Assembly (NCBI RefSeq): GCF_026210795.1
Contig: NC_089432.1
Location: 1,054,001 to 1,118,000 of the forward strand
Source: Rhizophagus irregularis
Taxonomy: Eukaryota
Direction of reading: 5' to 3'
DNA: 64,000 nt
Position numbers and translations under genes: made by a program. Each line of letters begins with the position of its first letter. Within the stretch, counting starts at the first letter, position 1. The notes under the pieces were generated by a model that worked only from the letters and a program-made list of their open reading frames with translations, ran no database searches and was not told where the DNA came from. This document shows, piece by piece, positions 52,859 through 64,000 of this stretch.

Positions 52859-55800
52859 AAAATATAAAAAACATATAAATTCATCATTCAATATATTGAG
52901 AATGGACAATCTGAAGTATATCAAATGACTTCACTCAAAACATGTTTGATAATAACTCGGGTACTGATATTTATTTTTAAATGATACTTGATACTTGAAT
53001 AAGTAGAAATTAAATTCACATTAAAACCCACTCTTGAACAGTACCATCATAGCAAGACATAACTATTAGAAAAATTTATTGGATGATGAAATCCATGGAA
53101 GATTTAATTTATGGATTACTTTTCTGAAAATTCAAATTTAAATAATAATAATATCTTTATTAATAACAAAAGAGAGAAGTTAACAGCTGCATAAAAAAAT
53201 TGTATTAGCAATTAATAAAGCACATTTCATTTTTTCCTTAGTTTTTCCACTTTCTTTCGTAAGTTATTTTTTTTTATATAGTATTTTTAATATTTCCTTT
53301 ATAATAATATAGAATTTTAATATTAAAAAAGTAATATTATTTTCATTTACTTTTTATTAATTTCCCATTTTTCTAATTGATTCTCATCTTCATACTGACA
53401 AATATTTTCTATCTTCTAATCCAATAACTATAAATATCTAAATAAAAAAATTCATAACATTACATCAATTTACAAAGGAATTCAACAATTATAGTTGCAT
53501 AATCAACTATTTTAATAAATTTTAAAAACCCAACAAGAATTTAATATGAATCTAATTTTATATGTAAAATAAATTTATATAAAATCATTTAGATTTTTTA
53601 TTATAAATTAAATAAAATTTTATAATAAATATTGCATTTAATAATGTAAATTTATAAATAGGCTTTTATTTTAAAATATTGCAAAATATATTCTACTAAC
53701 TAATTATCTGATGATATGCAAGGCAAATAAATCTATTTAGAATTTGGAGGACATCTAAACTTTAATAAGTAAGGTTGATATTTTGGTTGTTTAACAATGC
53801 GAACATTAGGAAAAATATTGTGATAACATATCACCTAACGAATCTATTCAACCATATTGTGCTCAATCTTCTTGTAATATGAACTGTCAAAATTTACGAA
53901 ATGGAGGCAAAAAATTTAGTAGTGTTTCCTTTTAAAACAAAAAAAGGAAGTTTTTCAGTAAAATTTACTTTTCTTATTACTGATTCAGTTAGCTAGATTT
54001 CATCCGAATCTATAAAAAAAAAATAATACTTCAATAAAAAAATACAAACAAGTTAAACAAGTTAAAAAAAGAAAGTTAGTAAAAACCGTCTGATAATCCC
54101 TCGTAATACTTCTGATATTTAATTCCAATCATATCTCACATTTTGATCTAAGCCGTGTAGTCCGAATAAAAAAAAGTTGAAAAAAGTTTTCGTTTAATGC
54201 CCTTGGTTCTTCTGATCTTTAATTTCCAGCTCATACTACCTTCCAATTTCGGTTTCTAAACTCCAAGGCCAAAAATTCGCGCCTAGCAGGTACTGTATAT
54301 ATCTAAAAAAAGACAAGGAACGTTAGTAAGATCTTACTAATGTTCCTTAACTCCCAATTCTCAACCTACCTTTTCATTCTGAAGTCCAAGGCTGCCTATA
54401 AGAAAAAAAAAAGGAGCATTAATAAGCCTTGCTAATGTTTCTTAAATCCCCTTATTCCTAATCCTTCCATAGTTTACTTCCATAGTTTATTTTCAATTTC
54501 CAAAATTCAATAATTAATGACAACCGGGATTCTAAAAACTATATAAATAAAAATATTAGTAAGTTTTTATTATATTTCTTAAAATCTCTACTCCCTAATT
54601 CCCACACCCAATCTTTACCTTATTCTAAACAAAATGAATTCTACTCGTTCATAGTCCATAGTATCTAAAATAAGCTTTTTTTAATAAAAAATATACCAGT
54701 TTATAAAAAAAAAGAGTAAAAAAAAAGAATGTCGTTTTTTTTTACCGAGTTTAAAAAAGTATTAAAAAGTATTAAAATATATAAAATGAAGATTTATACA
54801 AAATGATTATTAAATAAATCAAGTTTAAGAAAAAAGTTTTAAAAAAAATACGAAAAAAATGTTTGAAAACACGAAATTAGATTAAATAAAAGTTTAAAAC
54901 CAAATTTTATCAACAATCGTAGAGTAGTGATTGACATTGCAGATCACGATTTTTTATTTGCAATGTTTTCAAGTTTAGAACTATAAACTTAATTTCTTAA
55001 TAAAAGATATGTAATAGTTCAAGTTAAATATTAGCTAAATTTCTAGTTAGTAAACGTTTTCTTAAGAGTACGAATTATAGTTATTCATTTGGTACTAGAT
55101 CAATATTAAATTTAATCAGATTTTTTTAATCTTAAAGGTCGATTAAATAAGAGCTTTTTTCCAACTTTAAAGATTAGCCAAATGTCAAATGTTTGATACA
55201 TTATTTGATTGATTTGGCCAAAAAAATCTTATGATCAAAAGAAATAGTTTCTTAAATTTATTGCAATTATATAAATAAATATTTTTAAAACCCATACAAA
55301 TTTATATGGAAATTTATATAAATTATAAAATAGGTATTATATATATAATTAGAATATAAAATATTTGTTTGTTATATATTATACATAATTATAATTAATG
55401 TAATGTAGGACTATTCTAATATGAATTTATATCTAATCTATAGTCAAATAATATTGTGTGAATATTTTATATAAAATTATAAATATGAAACTATTTGAAT
55501 ATAAATTTATATATAATCTATATTCTATAGCCAAATAAATACTATGTATGAATTAATTATATATTTACGAATTTCAATACGTGTTTTAATTGTTTTATAA
55601 AAATTGTTAAGTAAACTGTATGGGATTAAAATATTCATACTTAATTTTTAAATGTTATTATTCTATATAAAATCATAATAATTTTGAAATTTTAGTTTAT
55701 ATCAATCATGATCGCCAACATTTATTCATCATGTGATTTTGTAAAATATTTTGATTGGTAATTTTAATCAAAAAATAATCAAATAAACGAAAAATTAACT

Positions 55801-56167
55801 AGATGATTGGTAAGATGCAAAAGCAAAAGGATTCATTAAAATTTAAGATATAAAATTAACGAAAATAATTTTAACTAAATAAAAATACGTGGTTATTAAT
55901 GTAATTTGTGATTGGCGTTTCGATAAGAAATACCGACAAAAATACAAATATCAATAAGTTATAATATAAATATGTCTCAAATAATAATAATTACAAAATG
56001 GATTATTATGGAAGAATATTAAGTAAATTATGTAACATTTTTTCGTTAAGAGTAAAGAAAGTTTATTTTTTAAAGGAAGATTTTAAACACCAAATTAATA
56101 AGCATATAAGAACCAATAAAGAAGTTAAAAAAACCTTTTTGAAGTTAGACACAGTGGAATCATTTAG

Positions 56168-56375
56168 CCGGGCCCTGTAAAAAATCTGATCCGTGTTTTA
56201 TCTTTCCATGTTTTTTCCGTGAATGTATCATTTTCATGGAATTTATAGCCTTAAATCATGGAAATTTTCATCTCGCTAACACGGATATCCGTGAATGTAT
56301 CATTTTCACGGAATTTTTACGGAAGACACGGAGAAATAATGGAAATATTCGGATAAAAATTTTTTATAGGGGGGG
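56168..56375. mobile_element. MITE, ~208 bp, with 8-bp TSD (hAT-like)
   Basis: ccctgtaaaaaatctgatccg / cggataaaaattttttataggg; TCATTTAG at 56160-56167 and 56376-56383; internal direct repeat ccgtgaatgtatcattttca. Confidence 0.7.
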
Positions 56376-57048
56376 TCATTTAGAATCGCTTGGAAAATAC
56401 TAAGAAAATATTTAAGTATTCCGGGATATGAAGCTTAATAAAAGTTAAAAGTTGTGAAGAAAATGACTGAAAATTTTTATACTTTTATATCACACTATTT
56501 CTTTTATAATTGATACTAATTCGAAAATAGCTATTTTTAAATAAACCTTTCATTTCATTCAATCCCTTTTGTTATTTAATTATATTTACCCTTTATAATT
56601 TACCTTTTTATTTTACTCATTACCCTTCTTTTTTTCAAATAATTTCTTTATTGAACGTCAATCCTTACATAGATAGTCGTACCCGAGTTGGTATTTTTCT
56701 TAGATTAAAAGATGTCCTTGAAATCTTGAACTTCTAGCCATTTATACACCAATTAACTGTTAAACTTTTTTTAATGCTCTAAAACTTTTATATTTATATT
56801 ATAAATAATTTTTATTTATAGCTTTATTTTATTTAGCATTTACCGTTTTAGTTTTAGCCAGTTATTATGATTGTTAAAAGTTATAATAAAGTTTAATTCG
56901 TGATCCGGGAGTGATTTTCATTCCTTAAATAATGCTCTTTATGTGAACCATTCAACACCAACATATTTTAATACATAATATTTATCCCAAAGTTTCAAAT
57001 AGTTTGATTTTTACAATAATTTTTTCACATAATTTTTTACTTTTATTT

Positions 57049-58915
57049 TATTTTTTTTATTTTTTTTTTTATTACAAAGGAAAAATTTATTATAAAAGAA
57101 AAATATACAAAATTGAACTAATCTAGTTTAAATACAAGATCAAATAAAAACTAATAAAAAACTTGGTGACTTAAGAATATGTGTTCAAAAGAACTTTCTA
57201 CCATCATGCCTGCCCAAATACTTTCACATGCATAAAGCATCCTACTGGTATTCGTACATCCTTTAGTGACTAGCTCAAAGATATTTCTCTACAAAAAAAA
57301 AAATAAAACAAAAAAAAATAAAACAATTCTAAAACCTAAAAAAATCTAGTATATCCTAAATTAATTTACATAAAACATCTAAAATTTCCACTAAGACCTT
57401 AGATCATGATGTTTTACGGGACTTATCTTTCTTCTGCTTTTTATGCTTCTCAGATTTTGTCTCTTGTGGTTTCTTTTTAGAATTCTTAGAATTCTTTTGA
57501 CTTTTATCAGTCTGTCAACTTCCTGAAGTTCTTTTTTGATCCTTGTTGGCATTATTGCCAAATGCTGTTGCTCCCAATCATATTGATTATCTAATGCTGT
57601 ATGCATATCAACCCACTTTTCAAAATAACCAATAAGCTTACGATCTCCTTTTGCTGTCTGTACAATTTTAAAGCTTTTCAAACCATTAATCGCAGTAAGT
57701 AATGAATGTAGGCGATGGTCTTTCCATAAGGTTGCTAATGTCATCGAATCTGGAATTTTTCAAATTGTAGCTTGAAACTTCTTACATTGTTTTCTTTCTT
57801 TGAGTATCCACCTTGCTGGAAACTACTGAACTGGTATCCCCTAAATCTGTAGTCCAAACTGGACCATCATTACCTTTGAACTGGGCTAGATGAAAGGAAG
57901 TTAATTCTATCTTCAAATGAACTGTCTGGTATTTCTTTTGTTGTTTCATTTGTAACGAGATAGTCTTTTCCCACAGAGTTAACTGTTGCAGAATTTCTTC
58001 TGGTGTCAAGGATACTGGAACATCATAAACCAATATATCTCTAATCTGTAATATACCATTATCATCTGGTTTAATACCTGTAATAACTTGTTGAATAATA
58101 TTTTTATTTGACTTCATTTTTTTATTTGAAGATTTTGTCAAATTAGATGAATTGTCAACTGGTTGTTTTACAAGCTGCGGCTGTGGTATTACATCCAGTT
58201 CAGAAATAGGTTATACTGTTGAGATTTCCATATCAATAGGTTGATCAACATGTGATTGTGATTTAGAGGCATCTGCAATCGACCGATTTATAATTACATC
58301 TTGATCAACACCCAATTTATCATCATCATTATCAGTATTTCTCATTATTCCACTAGTACTTACATCTGTAAGCACATCAGAATCAGAATCTTCAGATTGG
58401 TGTTTTTTCTTATTTTTTTTAGCCTTCTTGCCCTTTTTAGACTTTTCCTCATGCTTTCTCACTAAACGTAACATTTGCTTTCTTCCTTCACTGTGCTCCT
58501 TTATTCCAGAGTATACTGCGTTAAAACCCTGAGAAGCAGAGTACATAGCAACATGTAAAAAAAAAGAAAAACTTTGAAGTATCATTTTATAGCAAGCAGC
58601 TCTATTCTCCCAACTGAGTATTTCTTCATTTGTTAGACCAAAATTTGCTTTTAAAATATTATTTTGAACTTCTACTTGAGGTCCAGAAAAAAATGAAGTA
58701 AAAAGACTTTCACAATATTGAAAATAATGTGTATATGTAAAATGTAAAAATCTATGTTCTTCGCCAGTTCCATAAGGAAACTTATTTTTGGCTAATTGTA
58801 TATTTCTACTATCTTCCATATTAATAAAAATGAGAGTAAAAAAAATTTTTATTTTTTACTGTGGAATTATTATGTTTTTAAGAAATTGAGGAAGAAGTTT
58901 TTTTTTAAAAAAAAA
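57049..58915 (-). mobile_element. Degenerate LINE ORF1-like retrocopy with poly(A) tail and no ORF2
   Basis: Three frame-broken ORFs (58819-57391) with a K-rich tract and RRM-like IRDILVYDVP...EILQQLTLW...KYQTV; T-rich 3' UTR; poly(A) at ~57049-57070; candidate TSD tttttacttttattt at 57034-57048 and 58916-58930. Confidence 0.6.
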
Positions 58916-59164
58916 TTTTTACTTTTATTTGACGCCACGCCAGATTCCCATTTTCTGCAGATCATTTGCAGTTGACTTATACTTGTGGATCACAAATTAA
59001 ATGATAAAACCTACATTTTTAACTTTTGTATACAATATGAAATACAAAATTGTCTTTATTACATAATAATAATAAAATAAAGAATTTTGAATAAAAATTT
59101 CTCTATATTGTGAAGTTAAATTTTTATATCATTAAAAAAGTAATATATAAGTAGTAACAAAGAG

Positions 59165-59761
59165 TAGAGCTGTGACCCGTTACCTATCTATGAGTATCCA
59201 GGTTATGGAATAGCAAATGTGTAAAAATGGGTAATACCCATTTTGTATCCATTTTATGTTGACATTTATATACCCAGGTATTACTCGGGTAATTGCCCAT
59301 AAATTTTGCCAGAATTGAGATGTTAACTCAGGCCAGAATTTTAATGCCGGCCAGAATTAATGTTTATAAATCACTTGGTGATCGTCACTAATAAGTACGG
59401 TTACAAGCTTTAATATTTGAACGAGAAAGTTACCACAAAAAATAACTTTTGTCCCATTTTATTAATTCTGGCTAAAATTGTAATTTTTGGCTAGAATTAA
59501 ATGTTTACCACTGGTGAGTTTTAGCAATGCTAGATTTCTTTATTTTGTTTTATATATTTGATAATTATCTTAATTTATAGATTTATTGAGAAAAAAACAG
59601 GTTTTTATCCGGGTAATACCTGGGTATACTCGGGTCATATCTAACAAAAAGATAAATGGGTATAAACGGTATAATCAGGTAATACCCGTTTTGGAGTCGG
59701 GTAACACATTTTTTGATTTGAGTATGATCTGGATACAGAAATTCTGATGGGTCGCAGTCTA
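59165..59761. mobile_element. Non-autonomous hAT-type element
   Basis: TIRs tagagctgtgacccg / tgggtcgcagtcta; 8-bp TSD ACAAAGAG (59157-59164, 59762-59769); GGGTA/TACCC subterminal repeats. Confidence 0.85.
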
Positions 59762-59769
59762 ACAAAGAG

Positions 59770-60011
59770 GACTACCCCTGCGTACCCTTCAAAAATGTCA
59801 CGAAACGGCCGGCATTACGGCGTTATGCACTAACACGTGAAAATAAACAGTGACGAATAAGGGTGTGACGAATACGTTTTTACTTACTCGAAAAAAACTA
59901 AGTCCCTCAGATACTTATGAAAAATGGAAACAAGGAAGGGTGTGACGGATGTGACAAAAAAACAGTCACGTGAATTTTCGTGACATTTTTGAAGGGTACG
60001 CAGGGGAAATC
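59770..60011. mobile_element. Mutator-like MITE, 242 bp
   Basis: 36-bp near-perfect TIRs gactacccctgcgtacccttcaaaaatgtcacgaaa / tttcgtgacatttttgaagggtacgcaggggaaatc; G...C termini; 9-bp TSD AACAAAGAG (59761-59769, 60012-60020). Confidence 0.9.
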
Positions 60012-62313
60012 AACAAAGAGATCAGCACTCGCTTACTATTAGCTCTACACGTCTCTTCAGGGCCAGAATTACATAATTCCGCCTGGCATTATTCAAAAAA
60101 GGAAGGAGCTACACGTTATTTTGGCTTTATATATTTTAAATATTAAAATAATTATGATTAACTCACCTTTGTTACTTTGTTATGGAGACTATTGTTGTGA
60201 TGTCTAAAGTGCAAGAAATTTTGTCAAATTTTGTTACATTAATTTATCGAGTATTTTAACTTATATGATAAAATAAATTAAAAAAAAATTGACATAAGAA
60301 AAGAACAATAATTACAATAATTTATTAACAGACAGGCTGAATAAACTGTACTATTACCTGTAAAAAAATAATTACGTTAAAATGAAAAAAACTTTTATTG
60401 ATTTGAAATCAAAGGTATAATGTTTTATTAAAATAATTAAGAGATATTAGCTTATTTTACGTTAGAAATCGTGAAGTTAATCAAATTTACAATGAAAAAA
60501 TATATATATTAAATTTCTTTTCTTACATTTCTACCATTAAATTCTTTTTTATATTTTACATATATAATTGACATTCAAAAGTCAATACGAATTTCCCACT
60601 ATGTTTTTTTATTAAAAAGTTTCTTTTTAATAAGAAATTATCAAAAAAACCTTAAACATAATTTTCCTTACTTCTACTATGATCAAAGATGTAGTGTTTT
60701 TATTACAAATAAAATATCCTATACACATTTTTTATTGGATGGGAACGAAACTTCTGTGCTACGAATTTCGTGATTTTCTTCAAGAAACAAAATTATGAAA
60801 CGCAACAAATTGTGAAACTAAAGTCCTCTTATTAGTATGGTTGCAATAACAGTTAGTTAGAAATGTTACACTACATTTATTATATCCACACATGAAAACT
60901 CTGACTAACTTTATATATTAGGCTTGTTCAATTCTGATCGTTCGGGTTTTTTGATCGAAAATCCATTAACCAATCCTATCATGTGATCAAAATAAAAATT
61001 GATCGGGCTTATTAAACGGTTAACCTTGGTCACCTTATTTTTCGTATAATAAAACATTTTTCTTTTTTAAAATGGCAAATAAGCAATACATAAATGTATA
61101 TTAAACTTTTTGAGGGCGCGTATTAAAACTTTACTAGACACCAGACACGTTAAAAAAAAGCGATCAAAATGATACCATATTTTGTTGTTCGGAAAGTTCG
61201 AGTTGTTGATCAGGTCACACAATTTCATCAGCCAATATTATCAATTCGAATAGGCCCTATTGGTAATTAAAGTGATACAGCATAAAAAAAGAACCAATAA
61301 AATGAGACATAGCACATATTAACTCTTGCTACTAATACTCCAATGCGGTGCATGATACTATAAAATTCAAGATATTTAAAAGATTTATGTTAAGTTTTGT
61401 AACAAGAAATATAAAAAATAATAAAGTTTCATAATAACATAAACAGATTATGTAAGACCCTTTTATATTATTAAAAAAAAAATAGCTAAGAATTTTCTTA
61501 CGTTAATAATTGTATTGATAAGAATTTATGTATTATTTAACAAAGAGTTTTTCTTTTCTCAATTTTAGAGACATTTCAACCAATCAGAGGACCAATGTCG
61601 AAATGCCAAAAATAATGAAAATTTCTTTCCAGTGTTAAATATGAAATGACTGATCGGTCAACTATGTAAATCAAAACTATATCAGGTAGCTTAATTAAAC
61701 TATTAATCAAAGATTTTTTAAATCATAATAGATACTTAATAGAGAGTCTCTTTTACATAGGCCATAATATTAAAAGAATAGTTCGCGAATTTTTAGATGT
61801 CTAGAGTGAACCTTCTTATTATTTATTACTTTTTTTTATAAATATCCATTCTCATACACATCTCTGACAAAGTTACGTTGATTATTTTTGTATTAATATT
61901 CAACTTTCAAATCAATACCCTGCAAAACCTCTCTCTATACTAATATTAAGTAAAAGGAAGGTTATTTTTTCATTAATTGGTAAAATATTTCAAATTTAAC
62001 AACGTAACTCTGTTATTCTGGAATTAAAATTAACTTTAACATCTAAATTTAGCATTGGTATTTACAATTCATATAAACGAAAGTATCAAGCTCGGAAAGC
62101 AGCCAAAAGAGTCTAAAAAAATGACCATAATGGAAATAACAAGTCAATTAATTACCCATGGCAGGGGAAGTATTGCGTCAAACCTTTTTAATTGTATCAT
62201 AGGCAATAAATAAAATAGTGATTATTATTACTTATAGCCAAAAAATATCTTTTTATTTTATATAAAAAAATTTCTTCAATAAAAAAAAAATATCACGTAT
62301 CACAGTCTAATAG

Positions 62314-62546
62314 TAAATATTTAGGACTCGAGCACTGTAATAGGTAAACACAGAATAGGCCAAAATAGCTATGAAAATCTTACCTTTTTTAAATATTTTT
62401 CGGTAATGTTGGTCAGAATTTATTATTTATTTTAGTAACTGACTGACATTATTATAATTCCGGCCCTGAAAAAATGTGTAGATAATAGTAATATTTTGCT
62501 AATTTTCTATGACCTATTTATATAGTGCTCGGGTCCTAAATACTTA
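62314..62546. mobile_element. MITE, ~230 bp, related to 34071-34321
   Basis: TIRs taaatatttaggactcgagcact / agtgctcgggtcctaaatactta; shared internal ataattccggccctgaaaaaatg. Confidence 0.75.
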
Positions 62547-62935
62547 TCATGAAATCAAAAGTATCATGAAATCAAAAGGTTTAATCTAGATCCTAAAAAT
62601 AGAAAAAATTTGACCTAAAAAAATTCATCATAAGCTATTTCTTCAGATTCATAAACATATATAGCCCTTCGCTTCGCTCCGGACATAAGATTTAAAACAA
62701 CAATTTTTTTTTTAAACAATATTTAATTATTTATATTATGCAATAATTGAACAATTGTTAGATATGCACAGTTATTATTACCACAACTGATCGGCATAGT
62801 TGCACCGGCTTCATATAGTATTTAACTGCAGTACAGAAAGTGATCAACAAAACAGTATTACTAATATAAATACGTTTGTGAAAAAAAAAAAAAAAATTTA
62901 AACTCTATTTTTTTTCTTGTTTAAATTATTCTAAA

Positions 62936-63916
62936 ATGTCTAATAAGCAAGTTAATTTCAAAACTAAAAATTTATTATATGAATTTTCTCAAATTATTCA
63001 AAATTTTGATAAAATTAATATAAAAGAAACTGAACCTATTATAAATGATTATATTTTTGAAGGAGATTTAAGTATCATGATTGATGATTTGGTTGATCTT
63101 ATTTTTATGAAATTAAATGAAGGGAAAGACGCAATAATAATAAAGCAACATGTTTTTAACTATCTTAATAATCACAAAATTATTTTACAAGAAATTCATA
63201 GTTGGCTTTCAAACAACCAAAATAATTCAAATTCTAATTATTTGTTTGGATATGTTAATTATCATGGAATTGGAACTAATTCTGACAGGAAAAAGGCAAT
63301 TGAATTATATAAAAAAGCAGCAGAGTTAGAAAATAATGTAGCTCAATTAGATCTTATTCATATATATATTCATGGAAAAGATAATGAGATAAATTATAAT
63401 TTAGCATTTAAGTTATCTAAAAAATTAGCAGAAAAAGAAATTCCAAGTGCAATATATAGTCTAGGCTATTGTTATTTCAGGGGAATTGGTACTGTTTATG
63501 ATACAAAAAAAGCATTTGAATTATATCAAAAGGCAGCAGATTTAGGAAATTCAAATGGAATAAACAACTTAGGTTGGTGTTATTATGGTGGAATTGTAAT
63601 TAAGTCTGATGATCAAAAAGCATTTGAATTGTTTCAGAAAGCAGCAGATTTAGAAAATTTAAGTGGAATAAATGGTTTAGGATGTTGCTATGAAAAAGGA
63701 GTTGGGACTGATATTAATAAACAAAAAGCATTTGAATTATATAAAAAAGCAGCAGAGTTGGGAAGTAATTCAGCTCAATATAATCTTGCTAAGATGTATG
63801 AAATTGGAAGTGGAGTTGAAAAGGATATGGATCAAGCAGTATATTGGTACCAAAAATCTGCTGAGCAGGGATACAAATATGCTCAAATAAAAGTAAATCA
63901 ACTTTTAAAAAAATAA
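62936..63916 (+). CDS. Intronless kinase-less Sel1-like repeat protein, 6 repeats
   Basis: 326-aa ORF with the family cap EFSQIIQNFDKINIKE.EP and SLR repeats. Confidence 0.92.
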   Translation: MSNKQVNFKTKNLLYEFSQIIQNFDKINIKETEPIINDYIFEGDLSIMIDDLVDLIFMKLNEGKDAIIIKQHVFNYLNNHKIILQEIHSWLSNNQNNSNSNYLFGYVNYHGIGTNSDRKKAIELYKKAAELENNVAQLDLIHIYIHGKDNEINYNLAFKLSKKLAEKEIPSAIYSLGYCYFRGIGTVYDTKKAFELYQKAADLGNSNGINNLGWCYYGGIVIKSDDQKAFELFQKAADLENLSGINGLGCCYEKGVGTDINKQKAFELYKKAAELGSNSAQYNLAKMYEIGSGVEKDMDQAVYWYQKSAEQGYKYAQIKVNQLLKK

Positions 63917-63932
63917 ATTATATTTATTACTA

Positions 63933-64000
63933 CAGTCAAACCTTTATATAACGATATGTCGGGACATATATGAAATTTTTAGAAAATATCGTTATATCAA
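63933..64000. mobile_element. Left end of a pogo/Tc1-type TIR element, running off the window
   Basis: TA|CAGTCAAACCTTTATATAACGA resembles pogo-type termini; begins 16 bp after the Sel1 stop codon. Confidence 0.5.

Noticed and set aside
54310..54580. Palindromic repeats with spacers as a CRISPR-like array
   Set aside because: Only about three diverged units with irregular spacing, embedded in intron-like signals; eukaryotic context and no cas genes

Overview
Very AT-rich eukaryotic DNA with short GT-AG introns. The gene families present point to an arbuscular mycorrhizal fungus (Glomeromycota, Rhizophagus-like); this is inferred from family content, not from a search. The window is an accessory, birth-and-death gene cluster. 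It holds a five-exon kinase-Sel1 gene whose catalytic HRD reads HCN, six intact and two decayed intronless kinase-less Sel1-repeat genes, and two tyrosine-kinase-like genes whose single catalytic domain is preceded by a concatemer of kinase N-lobe modules. Those modules are encoded by circularly permuted phase-0/phase-0 exons: 9 N-lobes in an apparently intact 1408-aa gene and 5 in a pseudogene. Interspersed are a PD-(D/E)xK nuclease pseudogene, a Crinkler pseudogene, Tc1/mariner relics, a young 5'-truncated RNase H-bearing LINE with an 18-bp TSD, an ORF1-only LINE derivative, and several hAT-, Mutator- and other MITEs. Most notable observations: the N-lobe concatemer kinases, the receptor-cluster-like Sel1/pseudokinase organisation with a shared upstream motif and a repeat-unit gene-conversion tract, and two independent ~50-bp in-place micro-inversions whose re-inversion restores conserved protein sequence.
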